64,000 nt of DNA from an uncultured Flavobacteriales bacterium (GTDB lineage: Bacteria; Bacteroidota; Bacteroidia; Flavobacteriales_E; Vicingaceae). Below are positions 48,166 to 57,937 of the stretch, piece by piece. The position numbers and the translations under genes were made by a program. Location: NCBI GenBank assembly GCA_937901255.1, contig CALCHN010000044.1:6102-70101 (forward strand), written 5' to 3'. The notes under the pieces are model-generated. The model worked only from the letters and a program-made list of their open reading frames with translations, was not told the DNA's origin and did no database searches. Positions within the stretch are counted from its first letter, which is position 1. Every line of letters begins with the position of its first letter.

Positions 48166-50094
48166 ATGTGCGGTATTGTAGGCGTAATTTCTTCTAAACA
48201 AGCAGACCTTAAGCAAATAAAAGTTGCTACTAATGTATTGGATAAAAGAGGTCCAGATTGTCAGGCAACAGTTGCTTTTGAAAACATTGCATTGGGTCAT
48301 GCTCGTTTATCTATTATAGATACTTCTGAAAGTGCTAATCAACCATTTTTTGATATTACTAAAAGATATGTAATCATATTTAATGGAGAGATTTATAATT
48401 ACAAAGAACTAAGAACAGAATTAGAACAGTTAGGAGTTGAGTTTAAAACCCAAAGCGATACAGAAGTGCTTTTATATCTGTATATTAAGCACGGAAAAGA
48501 TTGCTTGGAAATGTTGAATGGTTTTTTTGCTTTTGCTGTTTATGATAAAGAAAAGAAAAGTCTGTTTGTTGCAAGAGATAGGTTTGGAATAAAGCCCTTA
48601 TTGTATTATTTTGATGGTGAAAAATTTATTTTTTCATCGGAATTGAAAGCCATCTTACAGTTTAAAATCAACAAATCAATAGATAAGTTAAGCTTGTTTA
48701 ATTATTTGCAATTTAATTACATACCTTCAAATTCTAGTATGCTTGAGCAAGTAAATAAATTAACTCCCGGACATTTTATTTTTATTTATGATGTTGATGA
48801 TGTAAAAGAGATTAAAGAAACGGAGTATTATTGTATTCCTTATACCGAAAAAGAAACCATTCAAAAGTCGGCTTTAAATTACGATAAATCTAAAGAAAAA
48901 CTTTATGAGCTTTTGCATGATGCAGTAGAGAAAAGATTAGTAGCTGATGTTCCTGTCGGTACTTTTTTAAGTGGAGGAGTAGATTCTTCTATTATTAGTT
49001 TGATTGCTAAGAAATACAAATCAGACCTTAATACATTTTCTATAGGATATAAAGATGAACCTTTTTTTGATGAAACGATTTATGCTAAAGCTGTTGCAGA
49101 TAAAATAGGAAGTAAGCATCATGTTTTTTCGCTTACCAATGCCGAAATGTACGAGCATCTTAATGATATATTAGACAGTATTGACGAACCTTTTGCAGAC
49201 TCATCAGCAATTGCAGTCTATATTTTGAGTAAATACACTAAAAAACATGTTACAGTTGCCCTTTCGGGAGATGGTGCTGATGAATTATTTTCGGGCTATA
49301 ACAAACATATGGCCGAATATAAAATAAGGCACTTAGGAATGAAAGAAGCTCTGGTAAAGTTGGGATATCCACTATGGAAAAGGTTGCCAAAATCTAGAAA
49401 CACTAAACTTACTAACCTAAACCGACAATTGTATAAATTTAGTTTGGGAGCCAACATGTCACATAAAGATAGGTATTGGTTGTGGGCATCTATTATTAAT
49501 GAAGAAAAAGCTAATTATTTATTGAAAGAAGAATTGGTTTTTAATCCACAGCGACTAACAGATGATGCGTTTACTTACAAAAAACGCAAAGACGAATTGC
49601 TTAAATACATCAGAAAAGAGGGGGATTTAAATGATGTGCTTTATTCGGATGCCAAAATGGTGTTGCCCAACGATATGCTCAGAAAAGTAGATATGATGAG
49701 TATGGCAAACAGTTTAGAGGTTAGGGTGCCTTTTATGGATCATCGGATAGTGAATTTTGCTTTTAACCTTCCTAGAGCTTTTAAAATTAATGAGAACATG
49801 AAGAAAAAAATTCTTCAAGATGCATTTTATGATGAGTTACCAGAAGAAATCTATAACAGACCTAAACATGGCTTTGAGGTACCACTTTTAAGTTGGTTTA
49901 AAAATGAGCTTAAAACTACCATTTGCGATGATTTATTAAGTAAGGAATTTATTGAGGAACAAGGAGTTTTTAATGTTTCAGCAATAGAAGAGTTGAAGCA
50001 AAAATTATTCTCCAATAATCCGGAAGATACTCCGGCAACAGTTTGGGCAATTGTGGTTTTTAATACTTGGTGGAGAAAGTATATTTTAGTATAA
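48166..50094 (+). CDS. Asparagine synthase (glutamine-hydrolysing) family amidotransferase
   Basis: N-terminal nucleophile MCGI and PP-loop motif SGGVDSS. It is the first gene of a polysaccharide locus. Confidence 0.9.
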   Translation: MCGIVGVISSKQADLKQIKVATNVLDKRGPDCQATVAFENIALGHARLSIIDTSESANQPFFDITKRYVIIFNGEIYNYKELRTELEQLGVEFKTQSDTEVLLYLYIKHGKDCLEMLNGFFAFAVYDKEKKSLFVARDRFGIKPLLYYFDGEKFIFSSELKAILQFKINKSIDKLSLFNYLQFNYIPSNSSMLEQVNKLTPGHFIFIYDVDDVKEIKETEYYCIPYTEKETIQKSALNYDKSKEKLYELLHDAVEKRLVADVPVGTFLSGGVDSSIISLIAKKYKSDLNTFSIGYKDEPFFDETIYAKAVADKIGSKHHVFSLTNAEMYEHLNDILDSIDEPFADSSAIAVYILSKYTKKHVTVALSGDGADELFSGYNKHMAEYKIRHLGMKEALVKLGYPLWKRLPKSRNTKLTNLNRQLYKFSLGANMSHKDRYWLWASIINEEKANYLLKEELVFNPQRLTDDAFTYKKRKDELLKYIRKEGDLNDVLYSDAKMVLPNDMLRKVDMMSMANSLEVRVPFMDHRIVNFAFNLPRAFKINENMKKKILQDAFYDELPEEIYNRPKHGFEVPLLSWFKNELKTTICDDLLSKEFIEEQGVFNVSAIEELKQKLFSNNPEDTPATVWAIVVFNTWWRKYILV

Positions 50095-50112
50095 ATTTAA
50101 CTTGATAATTAA

Positions 50113-51318
50113 TTGAAGGAAAAAATTAAAATACTAAGAATAATCAATCGCTTTAATTTAGGCGGACCAACATTTAATGCAGCTTATTTAACCAAATATA
50201 TGAGTGATGAGTTTGAGACTTTGTTAATTGGAGGAGAAAAGGATGAGACAGAAGAAAGTTCTACTTTTATTTTGGATAGTTTGGGATTAACGCCAACCAT
50301 CATCCCAGAAATGAAGCGAGAAATTGGTTTTAAAGAAGATAAAATAGCCTACAAAAAACTAAAAGAAATCATTAAAGAATTTCAGCCCGACATTGTGCAT
50401 ACACATGCTTCAAAAGCTGGTACTTTAGGGAGGATGGCAGCTTATAAATGTAAAGTACCAGTAATTGTGCATACTTTTCACGGACATGTTTTCCATTCTT
50501 ATTTTGGTAAAACAAAGACCATTTTTTACAAGAATATAGAACGCTATTTAGCCAAAAAATCTACCAAAATTATTGCTATTAGCGATATTCAAAAAAATGA
50601 ATTAACTCAACAACATAAAATTTGCAATAAGAACAAAGTAGCGGTTATTCCTTTAGGGTTTGATTTAAGCAGGTTTCAAGAAGATTATGAAACCAAAAGA
50701 GCTGATTTTAGAAAACACTATTTGCTTGAAGAGGATGAAATTGCCATTGGAATTATCGGCAGACTCGTACCAATTAAAAACCACAGCTTGTTTTTAGAAG
50801 CAATAAATCAACTATTAAAGAAATCTACCAAAAAAATAAGGGTGTTTATTATTGGAGATGGTGAAGAAAAAGAAAATTTAACTCAGTATTGCAAAGAACT
50901 TAAGCTAGACTTTACTGAGTTTAATAAACAAAAAAAGAAAGCCAATATTACATTTACCTCGTGGGTTAAGAATGTAGATTGGGCAAATGCCGGATTAGAT
51001 ATTATTGCATTATCTTCTTTAAATGAAGGCACACCAGTAAGCTTAATTGAAGCACAAGCAGCAAATAATCCAATAGTAACAACCAACGTTGGTGGGGTTG
51101 AAAACGTAGTGCAGAAAGACAAAACAGGATGTATTGTGCCATCTGGAAATGTTAACGCTTTTGCTGAAGCACTCTTAAAGTTGATTGAAAATGATGTATT
51201 GAGAAAGCAAATGAGTGAAAAAGGTTGGGAGTTTGTAAAAGAAAAATTTCATTACGAAAGGTTAGTGAAAGATATGAGTGAACTCTATTTTTCCTTGTTA
51301 GCAAACAATAAAAAGTAA
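50113..51318 (+). CDS. Glycosyltransferase family 4
   Basis: GT-B fold pattern with the C-terminal EGTPVSLIEAQAANNPIV (E-x7-E type) motif. TTG start. Confidence 0.85.
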   Translation: MKEKIKILRIINRFNLGGPTFNAAYLTKYMSDEFETLLIGGEKDETEESSTFILDSLGLTPTIIPEMKREIGFKEDKIAYKKLKEIIKEFQPDIVHTHASKAGTLGRMAAYKCKVPVIVHTFHGHVFHSYFGKTKTIFYKNIERYLAKKSTKIIAISDIQKNELTQQHKICNKNKVAVIPLGFDLSRFQEDYETKRADFRKHYLLEEDEIAIGIIGRLVPIKNHSLFLEAINQLLKKSTKKIRVFIIGDGEEKENLTQYCKELKLDFTEFNKQKKKANITFTSWVKNVDWANAGLDIIALSSLNEGTPVSLIEAQAANNPIVTTNVGGVENVVQKDKTGCIVPSGNVNAFAEALLKLIENDVLRKQMSEKGWEFVKEKFHYERLVKDMSELYFSLLANNKK

Positions 51319-51346
51319 ATTTATCATTTTTTACAATCAATTTTTA

Positions 51347-51354
51347 TAGTTTTG
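51347..51354 (+). promoter_or_regulatory. Candidate -7 promoter box (TAnnTTTG)
   Basis: TAGTTTTG lies 60 nt upstream of the ATG at 51414. Confidence 0.35.
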
Positions 51355-51413
51355 TCATATAGTGTAAGTTAAGAATTTATCATTAACAATTATAATTTGT
51401 TAAATATCTACAT

Positions 51414-52193
51414 ATGAAATTGAATATTTTAAAATGGACATTAGGTCTGTTTGTGGTAATATCCTTTGTGAGTTGTAACTATAACTCCAACAGGATGTTG
51501 AAAACCCCTAAAGGTTATGATTTTGCTGCACCTCCAACAGATAGTAACCCTTTGTATGTTATTGCAGTAAGTGATATCTTAGAGTTTAAACTTTACACTA
51601 ATGATGGAACTTCTTTGGTAGATTTTACCGCAATTGATGGAGGTGGAGCAGGAGTAGCAAGACAACAAGTAAATCAGGTTCAGTATTTAATAGATTATGA
51701 TGGTTTTTGTAAACTACCAATAGTAGGAAGAGTTGAATTGAGAGGAAAAACACTAAGAGAAGCAGAAAAATATTTAGAGGAAATTTATTCAAAATATTAC
51801 ATTAAACCATTTGTAGTGTTAAGGGTTCAAAATAGAAGAGTAACTGTATTTACAGGTGGCGGAGGAAGTGGAAAAGTAGTTCCTCTTAATAATGAAAATG
51901 TAACTTTAATAGAAGCTCTAGGTTTAGCAGGTGGTTTAACCAACGATTCTAAAGCTAAAAGAATTAAAGTGGTAAGAGGAGATTTGAGCAATCCGCAAGT
52001 GTTTTTATTTGATTTGAGTACGATTGATGGATTAAAAACCATTGACTTTCCGCTTCAGGCAAATGATATAATTTATGTGGAGTTTAGAAATAATTTTGTG
52101 AGAGAAGCCATTAGAGATATAGCTCCAATAGTTAGTTTAATAACCAGTACATTAACGCTTATTATTGTTATAGATAGGCTAGGGGCTGAATAA
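51414..52193 (+). CDS. wza: Polysaccharide export outer-membrane protein (Wza family)
   Basis: Lipoprotein signal (VSC). Poly_export and SLBB-like pattern (GD.L.....D.. ; I.V.RG). Confidence 0.85.
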   Translation: MKLNILKWTLGLFVVISFVSCNYNSNRMLKTPKGYDFAAPPTDSNPLYVIAVSDILEFKLYTNDGTSLVDFTAIDGGGAGVARQQVNQVQYLIDYDGFCKLPIVGRVELRGKTLREAEKYLEEIYSKYYIKPFVVLRVQNRRVTVFTGGGGSGKVVPLNNENVTLIEALGLAGGLTNDSKAKRIKVVRGDLSNPQVFLFDLSTIDGLKTIDFPLQANDIIYVEFRNNFVREAIRDIAPIVSLITSTLTLIIVIDRLGAE

Positions 52194-52205
52194 TTAAAAA
52201 AATTA

Positions 52206-54623
52206 ATGCAAGAAGAACAATTTGCACACAAAAAAGAAATAATATCTAACTTTAATACAGAGTTAGATATTATTTTATTGCTAAAGGTTTTTAAAAAGAC
52301 CTTTATCTATTTTGTGGGTATTATTGCCGTATGTGTAGCATTATCACTTATCTATTTAAGATATACTGTGCCTATTTACCAATCTAAATTGGTGCTGCAA
52401 GTAGGAAGCGAAAATACAGCCAACAAAGTACTTCAGGTTGATAATTTTAGTAAAACAGAAGATGTAGCCAAAGATGTAGAATTGTTAAGATCTAAATTAT
52501 TACTTAAAAGAGCTTTAAGTAAATTGCCTTTAGAAGTTAGTTACTTTAATCAAGGTAAAATTTTAGAGTATGAGTTGTACAAAAACTCGCCTTTTAAAGT
52601 GTTTTTTGAGGTAAAAGACTCTTCCGTTTTAGGTAAAAAGTTTTACATAGAAAAAACCAATAACGAAAAATTCAATTTATTCCAATCGGAAAAATTAATA
52701 GGAGAGTTTAATTCTAATGAAGCAATTGAATTAAAGGAAGTTACGTTAAGAATTGTTTTTGATAATTATGATAATTTTGATGATGATAAAAACAATTCTA
52801 TGTTTTTTGTTATTAATGATGCTGAAGCATTAACCAATAAATACATTCAGCAATTAGGAGTTTATCCGCTAAACCCATCTGCTAAAACCATTAGTATTTC
52901 ATTTAATGATAATAATGCAATAAAAACATCAGACATCATTACTTCTTTGGCAAACGAATATATTTTGTATGATATTGAAGAAAGAAGTAAAAGTTCTAAG
53001 AAAATTATTCAGTTTTTAGATGACCAATTGGATAAGTATTACAACAAAGTAAAACTTTCAGAAAATAAAATTCAAGATTTTCAGACCTCTAAAAAAATTG
53101 GGAATCCAAATGAAGTATCTTCCATCTATTTAGATAAAATTAATCGTTTCGAGAACCAATTAATAGATATTGATTTTCAAACAAGCGTATTGAAAGAAAT
53201 AAGTAAATCAGTAACCGGAAAAATTAATACCATAGATGTATATAACTTATTACCAACACTTACTGGAACAGAATATGAAGCAAGCATTTCTGCATTAATT
53301 ACCAACCTTCAAAGTTTAATGGTGCAAAAGCAAAATTTGCTTAGCGAAGTAACTGTAAATAGCGGTAATATTCAATCGTTAGAAAATCAAATTGATGTTC
53401 AAAAAGAAATATTATTTACAACGATAAACTCACTTATTAGCAAATTAGAACTCAGAAGAAAAGAAGTAGTTAATAAAGTAAATGAAATACAAGCTAAATA
53501 TTTAACAGTTCCAGCAAATGAGTTAGAATATGCTCGTTTGCAAAGAGTTTTATCTATAGATGAAAAATTCTTTACACTGTTAATGGAAAAACGAACAGAA
53601 TACTCTATTTCTGAAGCAGGTTTTGTTCCTCAGCATACTATTTTAGATAAAGCCAATGTGCCAACAGCACCAATGTCGCCAAATAGAAATATGATACTAA
53701 TAACAGGAGTGTTGTTAGGAGTAGTAATTAGTTTGATAGTATTAATAATTAGATATGTATTTAAAAACACCATTTCTACTATAGATGAAATAAACAGATA
53801 TGTGAGGTCTTCAGTAGGGTTTTTAGGGAACATTCCATTGTATCATAATAAAATACCAGTTTCTCAATTGGTTATCAACAGAGAACCTAAGTCGGTTATT
53901 TCAGAATCGTTTAGGTCGGTACGTTCTAATTTGCAGTTTATCTCAACTAAAAATGAGAAGAAAACCATAGCAGTAACATCAACCATATCTGGAGAAGGAA
54001 AAACATTTTGTGCTATCAACTTAGCAGGAATTATTGCCATGTCGGGTAAAAAAGTAGTGATTATAGATTTGGACATGAGAAGACCTAAAATACACATGGG
54101 TTTTGGGGTTAAAAATACTTGTGGGATGAGTACCATTTTAATCAACAAAAGCACTATTGAAGAGTGTATTCATCATAGCGAATTAGAAAATTTAGATTTT
54201 ATCACTTCAGGGCCAATACCACCAAATCCTTCTGAACTTATTATCGGTGGAGGAATTGAAAAAATTATTAATCAGTTAAAGAATGATTTTGGGTATGATT
54301 ATGTAGTAGTTGATAATCCGCCAATAGGCTTAGTTTCGGATGCTATGGAAACATTAAAATTTGCTGATTATCCTATTTATGTATTCAAAAGCGAGTATTC
54401 TAGAAAAAACTTTATCAACAACATAGATAAATTAGTACTCGAAAACGAGATTTCTAAATTATCCATCATTCTTAATGGGGTAGATTTTAGCGATAAGTTT
54501 TACAGCTATGGATATAATTATAGCTACAGTTATGGAAGCAAAAACAGCTATTATTACGATAGTAGTGAAGAATCAGCAACATTTTTTAATAAGCTATTAA
54601 AGAAAGTTGGGATAAAAAAATAA
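52206..54623 (+). CDS. wzc: Polysaccharide co-polymerase / tyrosine autokinase (Wzc-like)
   Basis: Two TM segments flank a coiled-coil periplasmic domain. The kinase Walker A is SGEGKTF and the Walker B-like motif is VVVDNPP. A Tyr-rich tail YSYGYNYSYSYGSKNSYYYD is encoded at about 54508-54565. Confidence 0.9.
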   Translation: MQEEQFAHKKEIISNFNTELDIILLLKVFKKTFIYFVGIIAVCVALSLIYLRYTVPIYQSKLVLQVGSENTANKVLQVDNFSKTEDVAKDVELLRSKLLLKRALSKLPLEVSYFNQGKILEYELYKNSPFKVFFEVKDSSVLGKKFYIEKTNNEKFNLFQSEKLIGEFNSNEAIELKEVTLRIVFDNYDNFDDDKNNSMFFVINDAEALTNKYIQQLGVYPLNPSAKTISISFNDNNAIKTSDIITSLANEYILYDIEERSKSSKKIIQFLDDQLDKYYNKVKLSENKIQDFQTSKKIGNPNEVSSIYLDKINRFENQLIDIDFQTSVLKEISKSVTGKINTIDVYNLLPTLTGTEYEASISALITNLQSLMVQKQNLLSEVTVNSGNIQSLENQIDVQKEILFTTINSLISKLELRRKEVVNKVNEIQAKYLTVPANELEYARLQRVLSIDEKFFTLLMEKRTEYSISEAGFVPQHTILDKANVPTAPMSPNRNMILITGVLLGVVISLIVLIIRYVFKNTISTIDEINRYVRSSVGFLGNIPLYHNKIPVSQLVINREPKSVISESFRSVRSNLQFISTKNEKKTIAVTSTISGEGKTFCAINLAGIIAMSGKKVVIIDLDMRRPKIHMGFGVKNTCGMSTILINKSTIEECIHHSELENLDFITSGPIPPNPSELIIGGGIEKIINQLKNDFGYDYVVVDNPPIGLVSDAMETLKFADYPIYVFKSEYSRKNFINNIDKLVLENEISKLSIILNGVDFSDKFYSYGYNYSYSYGSKNSYYYDSSEESATFFNKLLKKVGIKK

Positions 54624-54636
54624 AGAATAGAATTAG

Positions 54637-55179
54637 ATGAATTTTATTAAGACAGCTATTGAGGGTGTAATAATTATTGAACCACTTGTTTTTGAAGACG
54701 AAAGAGGGCATTTTTTTGAATACTATCAAAAAGAATTGTTTGCCAATAATGGGATAATAACCGAATTTGTTCAAGATAATCAATCTTTATCTCAAAAAGG
54801 AGTGTTAAGAGGATTGCATTTTCAAGCACCACCTTATGCACAAGCTAAACTAATTAGAGTGATAAAAGGAGCAGTGTTAGATGTTGCAGTTGACATAAGA
54901 AAAAACTCTCCCACCTACGGAAAACATGTTGCAGTAGAACTTTCGGAGACCAATAAAAAAACACTTTATATTCCTGAAGGATTTGCTCACGGTTTTTTAA
55001 CCTTAGCAGATAATACCATTTTTTCATACAAATGTTCTAATTATTACAATAAAGCATCAGAAGGAGCTTTGTTATGGAACGACCAGAATTTAGCTATTGA
55101 TTGGGGAATTACCACTCCTATTTTATCAGGTAAAGATAAAGAGGCACCTACTTTAAAATCATTTTCAACACCTTTCTAA
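54637..55179 (+). CDS. rfbC: dTDP-4-dehydrorhamnose 3,5-epimerase
   Basis: Motif VFEDERG.F.E...VQDN.S.S.KGVLRGLHFQ, plus GFAHGF. Confidence 0.95.
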   Translation: MNFIKTAIEGVIIIEPLVFEDERGHFFEYYQKELFANNGIITEFVQDNQSLSQKGVLRGLHFQAPPYAQAKLIRVIKGAVLDVAVDIRKNSPTYGKHVAVELSETNKKTLYIPEGFAHGFLTLADNTIFSYKCSNYYNKASEGALLWNDQNLAIDWGITTPILSGKDKEAPTLKSFSTPF

Positions 55180-55180
55180 A

Positions 55181-56248
55181 ATGGAACTGTTTTCTAACAA
55201 ACATATTTTTTTCTTTTTAGGAGCATTGTTGTTCTCATTTTTCATTAATAGCATATTGTTGAGGTTTGTTAAAACTCTTGGAATTAGAAATGATAAAGAT
55301 ATTGATGTTAGATGGAGTGCTAAATCTAAGCCCGCACTTGGTGGATTAACTTTTTACATTGTTTTTTTATTGTCAATTACCTTGCATCCATTTGTTTTTT
55401 CTTACCAAAACATAGCTATGGATTTCCAAACAACCGGAATTATTGGGGCAGTTTCTTTAGGTTTTTTAATGGGACTAGCTGATGATGCTTATAATACTAA
55501 ACCTTTATTAAAATTAATTGTACAAATAGCTTGCGGTGTTATTTTAATTTATTCAGGAACATTTATTCATTTATTTGAGAATAATAATTGGAACTATGCT
55601 TTAACCATATTGTGGGTGGTTGGTTTAATGAATTCAATTAATATGTTGGACAATATGGATGGCATTACCACATCTATTTCATTAATTATTTTAATTGTAA
55701 TTCTTTCGGTAATGTTAGGACATGAGCATAATCCTACATATTTAACCATAGTAATTGGGTTAATAGCTACTTTGTTTTGCTTTTTATACTTTAATTGGCA
55801 CCCTTCTAAAATGTTTATGGGAGACACTGGAAGTCAGTTTTTAGGAATTGCTTTAGCAGCCTTAAGTATTCATTATTTATGGAATCCGGTTCAAAATGGA
55901 AATGAATTTGCCATTTCCAGACAATTTATAATTCCTTTGTTAAGCTTTATAATCCCAATTATTGATACAACAACAGTTGTTATTAAGAGGGCAAGTAAAG
56001 GAAAATCGCCATTTGTTGGAGGTAAAGATCATACAACACATCATTTATCTTACTTGGGTTTTAATGAAAAACAAGTGGCTATTATTGTGATAATGATTGC
56101 TGTTGTAGCTGCTGTTATGGTTACTTTTATTATAAATTATATTCCTAAATGGACGCATACTTATACGATACTTTTTAGTGGTTATTTTTTATTGGTATTT
56201 ATTAGCTTATTTTCCATAGCCATGAAAAATAGGGATAAAAGTAATTAG
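55181..56248 (+). CDS. MraY/WecA-family polyprenyl-phosphate N-acetylhexosamine-1-phosphate transferase
   Basis: Polytopic protein with motifs DDAYN, NMLDNMDG and FMGDTGSQFLG. Confidence 0.85.
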   Translation: MELFSNKHIFFFLGALLFSFFINSILLRFVKTLGIRNDKDIDVRWSAKSKPALGGLTFYIVFLLSITLHPFVFSYQNIAMDFQTTGIIGAVSLGFLMGLADDAYNTKPLLKLIVQIACGVILIYSGTFIHLFENNNWNYALTILWVVGLMNSINMLDNMDGITTSISLIILIVILSVMLGHEHNPTYLTIVIGLIATLFCFLYFNWHPSKMFMGDTGSQFLGIALAALSIHYLWNPVQNGNEFAISRQFIIPLLSFIIPIIDTTTVVIKRASKGKSPFVGGKDHTTHHLSYLGFNEKQVAIIVIMIAVVAAVMVTFIINYIPKWTHTYTILFSGYFLLVFISLFSIAMKNRDKSN

Positions 56249-56252
56249 AGTT

Positions 56253-57767
56253 ATGTCAAAAACGCTATCAAATCATTTGTACGAATTAATTTTTTCGCTA
56301 TCTAGTACAGAGAAGAGGTATGTAAAGCTGTTTATGACAAAACATATTGGAAAAGAAAATCAATTAAGTATTAAGCTATTTGATTTAATTCTAAAAAAAG
56401 AAGGCAAATCCGTTGAGCATATAGAGGGGAAAATAATTTTCACCAAACATCCTTCAAGACTTAAGAATTACCTTTATGATATTGTAATAAAAGCCTTAGA
56501 AGATTATCATGCTCAAAAATCTATCAATATTACTGTAAGGAGAAAAATTAATCAAATAGAAATATTGTATAACAAAGCCTTATATAAACAGGCTGTTGTA
56601 ATGGCTGACAAAACCCTTAAACTTTCTCAGAAAATAGATAACCAAGCTTACATTATAGAAACCATAAGTTGGTATATGAATGCCTTAAAAACCTTTGAAG
56701 GAAAAAAATATCAGGCAAAGTATGATAGGCTTCAAAAAATTCAAAATGAGGCAATAAATAAGTTAAGTGTTGAAAGAAAATATTTAAACTTAAGTAATAA
56801 AGGGTTTATATTAACCAAGAAAAGTGGGTTGTTACAATCTCAAGAAAACTTAAATAAATTTAATGAAATTATTAATAATCCTTTACTATCGGAAGATGTT
56901 TTAACTAATAGTTTTATTTCTACAAGGTGTTTTCATAGTATTTGGGCTAATTATCATTATGCAACAAATAATTATAAAGAAGAGCATAAATGTTTGTATC
57001 AAGTAATTAAACTTTATGAAGATTACCCTTTAAGAAAAGATTCCGACCAATATAATTATGTTACTTATTTGAATAATTATGCTGTTGGTTGTTCAAGAAA
57101 TAAAGATTGGGAACAAGCTCAGTATTATTTCAATAAACTAGGTGCTATTGTACCTAATTCAAATCAAATTGAGATTAAAATTTTTGAATACCTATCATGT
57201 AATTATTTAAATCTTTTAATTGAGGAGGTAGATTTAAATAAAATGAAGCAAGAGCTTCCTAAAATAGAACTTGGCTTAAAAAAATACCATAGTAAAATAA
57301 CACCACTTTTTAAGAAAATTATTCAATTTAATTTATGCTATGCCTATTTTCTGTTAGAAGATTATAAAAAAGCACAGTATTACAATTTTATTATTGTAAA
57401 CGAAAAAGATGATACATTTAGGTCGGATGTTTACCTTATTTCTAAAATAATTCAGTTTATTCTTCATTATAAGATGAAAAATATAGATTTATATGAATCA
57501 TTTTATAATTCAATGAAATACCTTTTTGAGCAAAAAAATATAAATTACGTTTTATATCATAGTTTTTTAAGGTTTATAAAACAGTTAATGCATGATGATA
57601 ATGTTGGTGCTTTTAAAAAATATGAAGCAAAATTATTAGAGATTGTTCAAACACCTAAAGAACGTCAATTACTTAGTAATTTCAACATTCTTTGTTGGGT
57701 GCAAAGTGAAATAAAAGGTGTTGAAATGGCAAAGTGTTTAAAAACTTATAATACTAAATTCTCTTAA
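56253..57767 (+). CDS. Hypothetical all-helical (TPR-like) cytoplasmic protein, 504 aa
   Basis: No signal peptide or TM segment. Repeated helical-hairpin composition. It starts 4 nt after the wecA-like stop. Confidence 0.55.
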   Translation: MSKTLSNHLYELIFSLSSTEKRYVKLFMTKHIGKENQLSIKLFDLILKKEGKSVEHIEGKIIFTKHPSRLKNYLYDIVIKALEDYHAQKSINITVRRKINQIEILYNKALYKQAVVMADKTLKLSQKIDNQAYIIETISWYMNALKTFEGKKYQAKYDRLQKIQNEAINKLSVERKYLNLSNKGFILTKKSGLLQSQENLNKFNEIINNPLLSEDVLTNSFISTRCFHSIWANYHYATNNYKEEHKCLYQVIKLYEDYPLRKDSDQYNYVTYLNNYAVGCSRNKDWEQAQYYFNKLGAIVPNSNQIEIKIFEYLSCNYLNLLIEEVDLNKMKQELPKIELGLKKYHSKITPLFKKIIQFNLCYAYFLLEDYKKAQYYNFIIVNEKDDTFRSDVYLISKIIQFILHYKMKNIDLYESFYNSMKYLFEQKNINYVLYHSFLRFIKQLMHDDNVGAFKKYEAKLLEIVQTPKERQLLSNFNILCWVQSEIKGVEMAKCLKTYNTKFS

Positions 57768-57937
57768 AGATATCAATAGTTTTAATGTTGATATAAATTA
57801 CCTTTTTAAGCTATTGTATTTAACTAAAAACTTGTGCAAAAAACAGGTTTAAATAGTAATTATTAGCAATTGCTTATTTTTTAGTAATGGTGAACTAGAT
57901 TAATATTGTTGTGAAAAACAAATAATTAGTTTTAGCC

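Noticed and set aside
54508-54565. Repetitive TAT/TAC/AGC-rich DNA near the end of wzc.
   Set aside because: It encodes the expected C-terminal tyrosine cluster of BY-kinases (YSYGYNYSYSYG..YYYD). It is not an independent repeat element.
57865-57874. 10-bp palindrome AGCAATTGCT upstream of the adhesin gene.
   Set aside because: It is too short to distinguish from chance in AT-rich DNA, and no second copy was noticed. It is kept only as a note.
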